DNA from: Omnitrophica bacterium GWA2_41_15
GTDB lineage: Bacteria > Omnitrophota > Gorgyraeia > Gygaellales > UBA12090
Length of the DNA: 64,000 nucleotides
Direction: 5' to 3'
NCBI GenBank assembly: GCA_919902675.1
Contig: CAKKRH010000001.1
Coordinates: 64,003-128,002, forward strand
Under the pieces are notes generated by a model. That model did not search any database. It had not been told where the DNA came from and saw only the letters and a program-made list of their open reading frames with translations. The first letter of the stretch is position 1. The number at the start of each line of letters is the position of its first letter. The position numbers and the translations under genes were made by a program. Shown here in pieces: positions 16,418 through 25,463 of the stretch.

Positions 16418-17850
16418 TCACTAATCAAGAACTGCGGAATTTAGTTACGGAGTGGCAACTTCGCGATGATGTAATCGAAAAAGATTATGTTATCGGATGG
16501 CTTTTATGGGGTATTGGTTCCGATCCCGATTTAGGCGTTCACTGGGCGTTTAAAGGCGGCACCTCTCTTAAAAAGTGTTATGTTGAAACGTGGCGGTTTT
16601 CAGAGGATTTGGACTTTACGATAATTCCCGGCGGGCCTGATAAACCTGAAACCATTGAGCCGGTTATTAAGCGAATCCTTGAGCGCGTTCATGATGAATC
16701 GGGGATTGATTTTTCAATGAAACTGCCCGCGTTTAAACACGCGGATAAATATCTTTATACCGAAGGAAGTATTTACTATCGCGGGCCCCGCAACGCGCCC
16801 TCTCCGGCAAAGGTTAAATTAGACATAAGCGGATCAGAAAAGATTGTGCGGCCAACCGTATTAAGAGAAATATCCCATTCTTATAGCGATACGTTGCCTC
16901 GGCCCGCGCAAGTGCGTTGCTATGCTTTCGAAGAGGTTTTCGCAGAAAAGCTACGCGCTATGGGCGAACGCGGCCGCCCGCGCGATTTATATGATATTGT
17001 TCTATTGTTTAGGCGCCGCGATCTTCAGTCAGCGCCGCAGATAATAAAAGAGGTGCTGATTAGCAAATGTTCTTCAAAAGGCGTTCCGGTTCCCACTCTT
17101 GATTCAATACAGAACGCTACGACAAAAAACGAGCTTATTAGTGAATGGGAAAATATGTTGGGGCATCAATTACAAACGTTGCCTCCTTTTGAAGATTTCT
17201 GGGATGAGTTGCCTAACATATTTGGCTGGCTTAATGAAACCCTTAAACCGTCTGTTCTTGCTGATATTCCGGTTAAAGCGGAACAGAAAACCGTTTGGGC
17301 CCCGCCGCCTACCATCTGGCAATGGGGACTTGGCATTCCGCTTGAATCAATCCGGTTTGCGGCAGTCAACCATTTATGTGTTGAATTGGGGTATAGAAAA
17401 GAAAACGGGGAATTTTCTAATCCTGTCATTGAACCATACTCATTACGCCAGGCGCAGGACGGGAATAAGATCGTTTATGGAGTAAAAACCGAAACAGGTG
17501 AAGTCCGGGCGTATCGAGTCGATCGTATACAAAGCATTAAAGTAACGACAAGAGTTTTTAGGCCGAGATATAGGATCGAGTTTTCATCGTCAGGAGGCAT
17601 TCACGCAATACCTACTGAACGAAAAAGCGGGCTTAGTTCTTTTAGCGGGTATGGATTATCTGGGCGCTCGCATCGAACATCCAGCAGGTCAAGGACAGCA
17701 AATCCATTCGGCGTGAAATATATTTTTCAGTGCAATATGTGTATGAAAAAGTCTACTAAATCGACGAATGACCCAACGTTACGCGCGCACAAGAATTCAT
17801 TTGGAATGCAGTGTTCGGGCAGGCATGGATATCTTGTTGGGAATAAGTGA
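16414..17850 (+). CDS. abiEii: AbiEii/AbiGii-family nucleotidyltransferase toxin fused to a WYL-like domain and a C-terminal Zn-ribbon-like tail
   Basis: NTase motif FKGGTSLKKCY...RFSEDLDF. WYL-like block VIEPYSL...IVYGV...VRAYRVDRIQSI (aa 308-390). Tail has CNMC...HK...C.GRH (aa 434-478). Confidence 0.75.
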   Translation: MITNQELRNLVTEWQLRDDVIEKDYVIGWLLWGIGSDPDLGVHWAFKGGTSLKKCYVETWRFSEDLDFTIIPGGPDKPETIEPVIKRILERVHDESGIDFSMKLPAFKHADKYLYTEGSIYYRGPRNAPSPAKVKLDISGSEKIVRPTVLREISHSYSDTLPRPAQVRCYAFEEVFAEKLRAMGERGRPRDLYDIVLLFRRRDLQSAPQIIKEVLISKCSSKGVPVPTLDSIQNATTKNELISEWENMLGHQLQTLPPFEDFWDELPNIFGWLNETLKPSVLADIPVKAEQKTVWAPPPTIWQWGLGIPLESIRFAAVNHLCVELGYRKENGEFSNPVIEPYSLRQAQDGNKIVYGVKTETGEVRAYRVDRIQSIKVTTRVFRPRYRIEFSSSGGIHAIPTERKSGLSSFSGYGLSGRSHRTSSRSRTANPFGVKYIFQCNMCMKKSTKSTNDPTLRAHKNSFGMQCSGRHGYLVGNK

Positions 17851-18548
17851 TGAAAGAAAAGAAGAAATTGTCAGGTATAAAAAGTTGGCCGGAGGATGAC
17901 AGGCCGAGAGAGAAACTCCTTAAAAAAGGTGCGGGAGTTTTGAGTAATTCCGAGCTTCTGGCGATTCTTCTTCGTACCGGCACCCATGGCACCAGTGCAA
18001 TCGACCTTGCACGCAAGGTTTTGAAGAAGTTTGGCACATTCAGGAATATGGCCCACACCGACGCCCGGGACTGGCAAGAGCTCAAGGGTTTAGGCGGGGC
18101 CAAGATCGCCCATATTCAGGCCGCGCTTGAAATCGGGAGGCGCTTTCGACAGGACGATGTGTCCACCGGGAAGCAGAAGATCGCCTCTGCCAAGGATGTC
18201 GTGGATATCGTTATGCCACAGCTTCGAGATCTTAAGACAGAGGTTTTTAAGGTCGTTTGTCTTGACTCAAGTAATCGGATCATAGATATAACAGATGCGG
18301 CTTGTGGCACAGTTAACCGCGTAACGCCGATAGTCAGAGAGATTATTCACTGCGCCTTGCAAAAGTTCGCGGTGTCAATCATCTGTCTGCATAATCATCC
18401 ATCAGGGGATCCAAAGCCAAGCAAGGAAGACAGAGATTTCACAAGAGAACTTTGCCAAGCAGGCAATGTTATGCAGGTCAAAGTTTTAGACCATTTGATT
18501 ATAGGGGATAACTTGTACTATAGTTTCTATGATGAGGGTTTAATTTGA
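17850..18548 (+). CDS. radC: RadC-family JAB/MPN domain protein
   Basis: HhH-like LSNSELLAILLRTG and the JAMM motif HNHPSGDPKPSKED. The start (GTG 17847 or ATG 17850) overlaps the abiEii stop. Confidence 0.85.
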   Translation: MKEKKKLSGIKSWPEDDRPREKLLKKGAGVLSNSELLAILLRTGTHGTSAIDLARKVLKKFGTFRNMAHTDARDWQELKGLGGAKIAHIQAALEIGRRFRQDDVSTGKQKIASAKDVVDIVMPQLRDLKTEVFKVVCLDSSNRIIDITDAACGTVNRVTPIVREIIHCALQKFAVSIICLHNHPSGDPKPSKEDRDFTRELCQAGNVMQVKVLDHLIIGDNLYYSFYDEGLI

Positions 18549-18558
18549 AGGAGATGCG

Positions 18559-20634
18559 ATGACAAATTCAAATAAGACAGCGCTCATTTCCATTCTCAAA
18601 GATTCCAGCTACAACCTGTTGCTTTTTGCACAGGAAGATATTAAGGCGCTTGAATCAAAAATCAAGATTGTGAAGAACAAGCCTTATGTCAATTGTATTA
18701 TCCGGGAAAGAGAGGTCCAACTAAAACCGGAAGAAGTCGTCCGTCAGCTTTATGCTGCCAAGCTCATTAACGATTACGGCTATCCCAAAAAACGAGTAGG
18801 CTTTGAGCATTCTGTCCAGTTTGGCCGAGAGACTAAATCTGCAGATATCGTTGTTTTCGATCAAGATAGACCTACTGTCGAATATATTATCGTTGAAGTC
18901 AAAAAGCCAAAACTTAAAGATGGTAAAGATCAGCTAAAGTCTTACTGTAACGCCACCGGCGCGCCCATCGGCGTTTGGTTAAACGGCGGGCAGATTTCGC
19001 ACTATAACCGCAAAGATCCAAATTTTTTTGAGGATATTACCGATATCCCCAAGGCGGATCAGACGCTTGAAGATATACTCAAGGAGCGCTTTACGTGGCG
19101 GGAGTTAATCGTTAAGGATGCCCTCTTAAACGACAGAATTACGCTGAAGGCCAAGATCGAGGACATGGAAGATGAAGTCTTGGCGAATGCGGGTGTTGAT
19201 GTCTTTGAAGAGGTTTTCAAACTTATTTTTACCAAATTGTACGACGAGCATAAGAGCCATCAGGATAGAGCGGTCATCAATTATTTTCTGAAAAAGAAAA
19301 ATTTACCTATGGTTGCTGAACCAGCCGCAGCCTATGGCAAGGCAAAGGAACGATCTTTTGACGACGTTAAGGCGGCGCTTGGGCAAGTGGATGATTCATC
19401 TTTCCGTTTGCTTGAATTCAGAAACACAGGACAGACAGATGCTCAATTAAAAGAGAAGATTCAGCGATTATTCAATGAAGCCAAGAAAAAATGGCCCGGT
19501 GTTTTTCCTGGGGAGAGCCGCATTGATCTTTCGCCTTCGCATTTATCAATCTGCGTTTCCAGTCTTCAGGACGTAAAGCTTTTTAATTCCAATCTGCAAG
19601 TTATTGATGAGGCGTTTGAATACTTGGTCAGCAAGTCTTCTAAAGGCGAAAAGGGACAGTATTTCACGCCTCGGCACGTTATAGATATGTGCGTTAAGAT
19701 GCTTAATCCCCAGCGCGGCGAATACATGATTGATACTGCCTCGGGTTCCTGCGGGTTTACCGTGCATACGATCTTTCAGCTTACCGGGCATTTGTTTGAA
19801 AATACCGAGATTTCAGCCGAAGAAAAAGACGACGTGTTAAAGGTTTTTGGCATTGACTTTGACGAAAAGGTAGTGCGTGTGGCCCGCACGCTCAATCTTA
19901 TTGCCGGTGACGGCGAGACAAACGTGCTTCATCTTAACACCCTTGATTATGACCGCTGGAATGAAAAAGTTAATAACCCCGACTGGCGGGATACCTATGG
20001 CGCAGGATTCAGGCGTCTTGAAGCGTTAAAAGCGGATCGCAATTCAAACAAGGAATTTCTCTTTGATATTCTAATGGCCAATCCGCCTTTTGCTGGGGAT
20101 ATTAAAGAATCAAATATCATCCACAAATACGATCTTGGTTTTAATGAGAAAAAAAAGCCCAAGTCAAAGGTTGGCCGGGATATTCTTTTCATTGAGCGCA
20201 ATCTTGATTTCTTAAAGCCCGGTGGCCGCTTGGCCATAGTTTTGCCCCAAGGAAGATTTAATAACACATCGGACAAAGACATTCGTGAATTTGTCGCAGA
20301 TAAAGCCCGTATCTTGGCGGTCGTGGGCCTGCACGGCAACACCTTTAAGCCTCATACCGGCACAAAGACCAGTGTTTTATTCCTGCAAAAATGGGATTCC
20401 AAGCTCTGCCCGAAAAATGACGATTATCCTATTTTCTTTGGGGTCTCCGAGAAGTCAGGCAAAGACAATTCCGGCGATTATGTTTATGTCAAAAACGGCG
20501 ACGGTAAGCCCAAACTGGATAAATACGGCCACTTAATCGTTGACCACGATCTGCATAATCACAAAGGCGAGCTTCCGGACGGGATAGCAGAGGCGTTTAT
20601 TGACTGGGCGAAGAAAGAGAAATTGAGTTTTTGA
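18559..20634 (+). CDS. N6-adenine DNA methyltransferase (HsdM-like) with an N-terminal HsdR-N/PD-(D/E)xK-like nuclease domain
   Basis: N-terminus: ADIVVFD...EYIIVEVKKPK (D96...E113-x-K115). Methyltransferase motifs QYFTPRHV, DTASGSCGF and NPPFAG. AAGGAG RBS. Confidence 0.8.
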   Translation: MTNSNKTALISILKDSSYNLLLFAQEDIKALESKIKIVKNKPYVNCIIREREVQLKPEEVVRQLYAAKLINDYGYPKKRVGFEHSVQFGRETKSADIVVFDQDRPTVEYIIVEVKKPKLKDGKDQLKSYCNATGAPIGVWLNGGQISHYNRKDPNFFEDITDIPKADQTLEDILKERFTWRELIVKDALLNDRITLKAKIEDMEDEVLANAGVDVFEEVFKLIFTKLYDEHKSHQDRAVINYFLKKKNLPMVAEPAAAYGKAKERSFDDVKAALGQVDDSSFRLLEFRNTGQTDAQLKEKIQRLFNEAKKKWPGVFPGESRIDLSPSHLSICVSSLQDVKLFNSNLQVIDEAFEYLVSKSSKGEKGQYFTPRHVIDMCVKMLNPQRGEYMIDTASGSCGFTVHTIFQLTGHLFENTEISAEEKDDVLKVFGIDFDEKVVRVARTLNLIAGDGETNVLHLNTLDYDRWNEKVNNPDWRDTYGAGFRRLEALKADRNSNKEFLFDILMANPPFAGDIKESNIIHKYDLGFNEKKKPKSKVGRDILFIERNLDFLKPGGRLAIVLPQGRFNNTSDKDIREFVADKARILAVVGLHGNTFKPHTGTKTSVLFLQKWDSKLCPKNDDYPIFFGVSEKSGKDNSGDYVYVKNGDGKPKLDKYGHLIVDHDLHNHKGELPDGIAEAFIDWAKKEKLSF

Positions 20635-20648
20635 AGATAGGATAAAAA

Positions 20649-22043
20649 ATGCAGATCTCGGTCGTTACGCATAGTAAAGTCAAAAATGACTCTAAAGATT
20701 TTAGAATAGACGCGGAGTTTTATCTTCCTGTATATTTAAAATATGAAAAGCAAATAGGCAAACACAAAAATGAGATTTTGCGTAATTTAGCAGATAATTG
20801 CTATAAGACTTTTCGAAGAAAAGAGGGTGTATTTGAATATATTGAAATTTCAAATGTAGACTTAGAAATCGGGGAATATTATACGGAAATTTTGAATTCG
20901 GATAATCCTCCTTCAAGGGCCAAAAAAATTCTCAAGAAGTCAGATATCATTATATCTACAGTCAGACCTAACAGGAACGCAGTCTCAATTATTCTCGATG
21001 AAAGAAAAGATTTAGTTGCTAGCACTGGTTTCTGTAAACTAACGGCTAAAAGAATAAATCCAAAATTCTTATTTATTCTGTTTAAAACCTCAGTTTATAG
21101 GGATTTGCTTGTAAGATTTACAACAGCAACAATGTATCCGGCCGTTAACGAAGACGATATATTAAATCTCAGAATACCTATCTTTGATGATAAATTTCAA
21201 ACACTAATTGAATCTATAGTTGATTATTCTTATTCCTTCATCAATAAATCAAAATCTTTCTACTCTCAAGCCGAGCAAATGCTTCTTTCCGAGCTTGGCC
21301 TTTTGAGTTGGAAGCCGAAGCATCGCCTTTCTTTTGTCAAGAACTTCTCCGACACGCAGGCCAGCGGGCGCATTGATGCGGAATACTTTCAGCCAAAATA
21401 CGACGAGGTTGTGGAGCGCATTAAGCAATATAAAAAAGGCTATAAGTCTTTGGGAGAAATTGTCAGGGTAAAAAACAATAATTTCCAGCCAAAGGATGAA
21501 GTAACTTACCGCTATATCGAACTTGCTAATATCTCGGCGAACGGAAACATTAACGGATTTATCGAAGCGCAAGGCAAAGAATTACCTACTCGGGCGAGAC
21601 GTATGGTTAATGCCGGAGATGTCATTGTTTCGACTATTGAAGGGGCTCTTTCAAGTGTTGCTTTGATAAATGATGATTTAGATAATGCTTTATGCTCAAC
21701 AGGTTTTTTTGTTGTTAATTCAGAAAAGATAAATTCCGAAACATTGCTTGTTTTGTTTAAGTCGCCGGTTGGACAATTACAGCTTAAAAAGGGTTGCTCT
21801 GGCACGATCTTAACTGCTATTGGTGACGACGAATTTAAACGGATTATTCTGCCGGATTTGTTCGCTGGGATTCAGAGTGATATTAAGAGGAAAATTACGG
21901 AGATGTATGACGCTAAGGCATTGTCAAAACGATTACTCGACATTGCCAAGCGGGGCGTTGAAATGGCGATCGAGAAGAGCGAAAAAGACGCGCAAAATTG
22001 GATTGAAGCGGAATCAGAGAAATTAAAAATCGCTACCGCGTAA
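20649..22043 (+). CDS. hsdS: Restriction-modification specificity subunit (HsdS-like, two target-recognition domains)
   Basis: Bipartite layout with conserved spacer helices (SQAEQMLLSELGL; ITEMYDAKALSKRLLDIAKRG). Lies directly after the methylase. Confidence 0.8.
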   Translation: MQISVVTHSKVKNDSKDFRIDAEFYLPVYLKYEKQIGKHKNEILRNLADNCYKTFRRKEGVFEYIEISNVDLEIGEYYTEILNSDNPPSRAKKILKKSDIIISTVRPNRNAVSIILDERKDLVASTGFCKLTAKRINPKFLFILFKTSVYRDLLVRFTTATMYPAVNEDDILNLRIPIFDDKFQTLIESIVDYSYSFINKSKSFYSQAEQMLLSELGLLSWKPKHRLSFVKNFSDTQASGRIDAEYFQPKYDEVVERIKQYKKGYKSLGEIVRVKNNNFQPKDEVTYRYIELANISANGNINGFIEAQGKELPTRARRMVNAGDVIVSTIEGALSSVALINDDLDNALCSTGFFVVNSEKINSETLLVLFKSPVGQLQLKKGCSGTILTAIGDDEFKRIILPDLFAGIQSDIKRKITEMYDAKALSKRLLDIAKRGVEMAIEKSEKDAQNWIEAESEKLKIATA

Positions 22044-22045
22044 TT

Positions 22046-22090
22046 TTAGCCAAAGCCTTTCGCGGTGATCTTGTTTCGCAGGAGACTTAA
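22046..22090 (+). pseudogene. Out-of-frame fossil of an HsdS C-terminal conserved motif
   Basis: Translates to LAKAFRGDLVSQET*, resembling the (ILQ)KAF.G(E/D)LV ending typical of HsdS. Starts 3 nt after the current hsdS stop, in another frame. Confidence 0.35.
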
Positions 22091-22143
22091 TTAGGCATTA
22101 TTCTTGATTAGACGAATAAGAACACCAAAGGATTAAAGTATGT

Positions 22144-23754
22144 ATGAAAAAGATTGGCCGAAATGACCCTTGCTTTTGTGGTAGCGGGAAAAAATTCAAA
22201 AAGTGCTGTTATGGAAAAACCGAAGTGATCCATCCAGAGGTTCATCTCCAATTCGAACGCCTAAAAGCCAAACAATTACAGATTGAGAAACAACAAGGGT
22301 TGGGCAGATCTATAATATCCCTTGAGCATAAAGGGTATCGTCTTGTAGCTGTAGGCAATCGCATGTACTATTCGCAAAAATGGAAGACATTTCACGACTT
22401 CCTCCTTGAATATATAAGAATGATGTTTGGCAAAGACTGGGGACAGTCGGAATTCAAGAAACCGTTTGAAGAAAGGCATCCTGTGGTTCAATGGCACGAA
22501 ATGGCGCACAAATATATGAGAGAACACCAAAAAGGAAACGATACGATTAATACTGCGCTAATGACGGGCGCTATGTCAGCTTACATAAATCTTTCATATA
22601 ATTTATATCTTTTGGCGCATAATGTAGAAGTCCAAGAACGACTAATTAGACGGTTGAAAGGTATATCCCAATTTCGCGGTGCCCAATATGAAACATATGT
22701 AGCCGCAGAATTCATTAAGGCGGGTTTTAAGTTAGAGATTGAAAATGAAGAAGACAATCAGACTACGCACTGTGAGTTTAGCGTTGTCTCAAAGACTACG
22801 GGTAGAAAGTATTCCATTGAAGCAAAAGCGCGGCAACCTCACAAAGAAAATGTAGCTATCGGCAACCAGTTATATAATGCTTTGAAAAAGAAAGCAAAGC
22901 ATGAGCGGATTGTTTTCATTGATATTAACATTGCTAATTTTATGAAAGAGGTGGCTAATATAGTCAATGAGATAAAAAGTAAAGAGCCAATTTTAAAAAT
23001 CGATGGGTGTCCAGCACCATCGGCATATGTTTTTGTTACCAATCACCCTTTTGAATATGATTTAGAAGGTATGTGTGAACATCGTGCGGGATTTGCGCAT
23101 GGGTTTAAAATTCCGGATTTTGACTTTGATTTTTGTTTTACAAACATTCGAGACGTCCTAAAGGCTCGCGAAAAGCACAATGATATGTTTGACTTAGTGA
23201 AATCGATTTGTGAACATGAAGAGATTCCTTCAACTTTTGATGGAGAAACTCCTGAATTTGCCTTTGCGGGAAAAGATGCTCCGCCAAGATTAACTATCGG
23301 TGAGAAATATGCTATTCCTGGACATGAAGGCAAAGTTATGGAGGGAGTCCTTGTCAATGCAACGGTATCAGAGGAAGAAAAGAAGATATTCGGCGCCTAT
23401 CGCACAAAAGAAGGAACGCAGGTTATTTGTACGAATCCTCTGACCGATGAAGAGTTAATAGCTTACAAGAGGCAACCAGATACATTTTTTGGTGTTCATC
23501 TGAAACAGGGAAAGAGGGCATGGGATCCATTAGATTTGTTTGATTTCTTTTACGGAAGTTACAAAAATTGCCCCAGGGAAAAGCTATTGAGTTTTCTGGA
23601 AAATAGGCCAGATTTTGAAAAAATTAAAACTTTGGACACGCAAGAATTACTTATTACATGTTGTGAAGGGTGGGCATACTCAGCAGTTGATAGTTTCAAT
23701 AAGGGAGAAAAGATTAAGGAGGGGATGAATGAGCAATACGATGTTCATGATTAG
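22144..23754 (+). CDS. SEC-C motif protein with a central PD-(D/E)xK-like nuclease core candidate
   Basis: N-terminal GRNDPCFCGSGKKFKKCC (SEC-C Zn motif). aa 180-230: QYETYVAAEF...HCEFSVV...YSIEAKAR (E...E...E-x-K pattern). Confidence 0.7.
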   Translation: MKKIGRNDPCFCGSGKKFKKCCYGKTEVIHPEVHLQFERLKAKQLQIEKQQGLGRSIISLEHKGYRLVAVGNRMYYSQKWKTFHDFLLEYIRMMFGKDWGQSEFKKPFEERHPVVQWHEMAHKYMREHQKGNDTINTALMTGAMSAYINLSYNLYLLAHNVEVQERLIRRLKGISQFRGAQYETYVAAEFIKAGFKLEIENEEDNQTTHCEFSVVSKTTGRKYSIEAKARQPHKENVAIGNQLYNALKKKAKHERIVFIDINIANFMKEVANIVNEIKSKEPILKIDGCPAPSAYVFVTNHPFEYDLEGMCEHRAGFAHGFKIPDFDFDFCFTNIRDVLKAREKHNDMFDLVKSICEHEEIPSTFDGETPEFAFAGKDAPPRLTIGEKYAIPGHEGKVMEGVLVNATVSEEEKKIFGAYRTKEGTQVICTNPLTDEELIAYKRQPDTFFGVHLKQGKRAWDPLDLFDFFYGSYKNCPREKLLSFLENRPDFEKIKTLDTQELLITCCEGWAYSAVDSFNKGEKIKEGMNEQYDVHD

Positions 23755-24010
23755 TAGTGTTATTACTGCAATTGCCACAACAGTGATAGCCTTATTTTCT
23801 TGGCGAAGTTTTTGTTTGTCTGGAGAAATCAAGAAGGCGACGGAAAACCAGTGTAAGAAAGAAGAAGACTTTAAAAGCCAGACTAAAGACCTTTATCAGG
23901 CTATTGTCATATCAAATATTCTTTCTGGGCCGAGTAGTTATGGTGCGTTGACTCAAGCTATAGACGCTTTTAAGTCTCAATACAAAGGCACATTTAAGAT
24001 ATTTGATTAG
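23729..24010 (+). CDS. Small single-TM protein (93 aa)
   Basis: AAGGAGGGG RBS 4-5 nt upstream. N-terminal TM segment MFMISSVITAIATTVIALFSW. Overlaps the SEC-C gene by 26 nt and the next gene by 8 nt. Confidence 0.55.
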   Translation: MSNTMFMISSVITAIATTVIALFSWRSFCLSGEIKKATENQCKKEEDFKSQTKDLYQAIVISNILSGPSSYGALTQAIDAFKSQYKGTFKIFD

Positions 24011-24020
24011 GACATTTAAT

Positions 24021-24653
24021 ATGCAAAGACGCGAAACTTTGTCAATAATCTGCTTAACTTTTTCTCTTTTGATTTTCAGCGTTATAATTCCTATTTCCCG
24101 AAACAAAGTAGATAGAGTGAAAGAAAGGAGAGAAACGTATTTTCGCAACCTATTGAGTGCACAATTTCATCAGGCCATTGGAACTATTTCAACAAATCTT
24201 TGGTCAGCTCTCGATGTCTTAAAAAAATCAAAAGGCATAGAGAATGTCGAATTAAAGGCATCTATTGAAGAAATCCAAAAGATTTATTTCGAACAGGCTG
24301 AAAATTCCGCCACCAATTTTTATTTTTTACAGACCGAGCCAGTCACAGATGATAATAAACCGGATAAAAGGCGATATAACAAAATAAAACAGGACATTAA
24401 ACAAAAATCAAAAATGCTCAACATATATTCGGACTCATTTTTAGCAGATTTTAATCAGAAGTATATTAAGGAGCTTACTTTCTGGAATCTAATTGAGATG
24501 TCGGGATATATTTTTGCCATTTTCTTGCAAATTCTCGGGGTCTGGTTAGGGCTCATAACAAAGAACAACTCTACCGAAAGCATCCTAAAAGAAATAAGAT
24601 CTATAAATAGTAGACTTAACATGTTCCAGCTTCGTAAGAAGCAGGCTCCATAA
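24021..24653 (+). CDS. Two-TM membrane protein (about 210 aa) with a helical middle
   Basis: TM1 LSIICLTFSLLIFSVIIPI and TM2 YIFAIFLQILGVWLGLI. The alternative TTG start at 24003 overlaps the upstream gene. Confidence 0.55.
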   Translation: MQRRETLSIICLTFSLLIFSVIIPISRNKVDRVKERRETYFRNLLSAQFHQAIGTISTNLWSALDVLKKSKGIENVELKASIEEIQKIYFEQAENSATNFYFLQTEPVTDDNKPDKRRYNKIKQDIKQKSKMLNIYSDSFLADFNQKYIKELTFWNLIEMSGYIFAIFLQILGVWLGLITKNNSTESILKEIRSINSRLNMFQLRKKQAP

Positions 24654-24674
24654 ATTTTTTACGAAAGTTTCTTT

Positions 24675-25463
24675 ATGAAAATATCGATATACCCTCTTCA
24701 CGAACTTGATTCAGATGTAACTCTGCCAGTAGAAATAGCAAATGGGGTTACCGTTATTTCAAATAATATCGATATTCGTAAAATAAAGAAAATAAATGTT
24801 TCAAAAGAAGATGCACATCACCTTGTTGACCCTAAATTATGCTTACAGGTTAATGAGAAGATTGTTTCTCCTGAGAAAGCGTCCATTGTTTTTATTATTT
24901 CCTGTCGCCTGCTGAAACGCACGAAAGTTTTCATACGTTATAGAGTGGATTCCTCAAGCGAAGTAAGAAAAATTAGAGATGATTATCCTTTTGTTACCTC
25001 TAGAAATGTTACAACAGAAATTAAAGGGCAAGAATTTAAGAAAATTGCTAAATTATACCTAGGATTAAATGAGTTTAAGGATATCAACAAAAGAACTGGA
25101 AATGCGGCTTATTTTCTAGGTATGGCATATAGATCAAGAGGTTGGTTAGAATCCTTAATATTTCACGTATGTGCGCTGGAAACATTAACATTGGCATCAA
25201 ATAGAGAAAGTAGTATTACGCAAAAATTTAAAGAAAGGATTCATAATTTTATTGGCTACGATAAAGACAAGCTGGAAAAAATTTATAATATACGTTCCGA
25301 ACTAGTCCATGGAAGATACAGCTATAGCTCTGCAAAGCAGAATCTAAGGTTATTTAGAATTGCCGAAGATGTTAGCAGAAGGATGTTTAAGAAAATATTA
25401 CTAAATCCAAAACATTTAAAAGCTTTCATAAATGATAGCTCTCGCATGAAATTATTTTTATAA
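24675..25463 (+). CDS. HEPN-domain protein (R-x4-H RNase motif), Apea/MAE_28990-like
   Basis: IYNIRSELVHGRY (R207-x4-H212, nt 25293..25310) in a C-terminal helical domain. The N-terminal half is unrecognised. Confidence 0.65.
   Translation: MKISIYPLHELDSDVTLPVEIANGVTVISNNIDIRKIKKINVSKEDAHHLVDPKLCLQVNEKIVSPEKASIVFIISCRLLKRTKVFIRYRVDSSSEVRKIRDDYPFVTSRNVTTEIKGQEFKKIAKLYLGLNEFKDINKRTGNAAYFLGMAYRSRGWLESLIFHVCALETLTLASNRESSITQKFKERIHNFIGYDKDKLEKIYNIRSELVHGRYSYSSAKQNLRLFRIAEDVSRRMFKKILLNPKHLKAFINDSSRMKLFL

Noticed and set aside
17099-17485. 128-aa plus-strand ORF in another frame inside abiEii, and the minus-strand ORFs 17166..17429 and 17756..18103
   Set aside because: They overlap regions with clear AbiEii/WYL and RadC motifs in the main frames, and show no independent signals.
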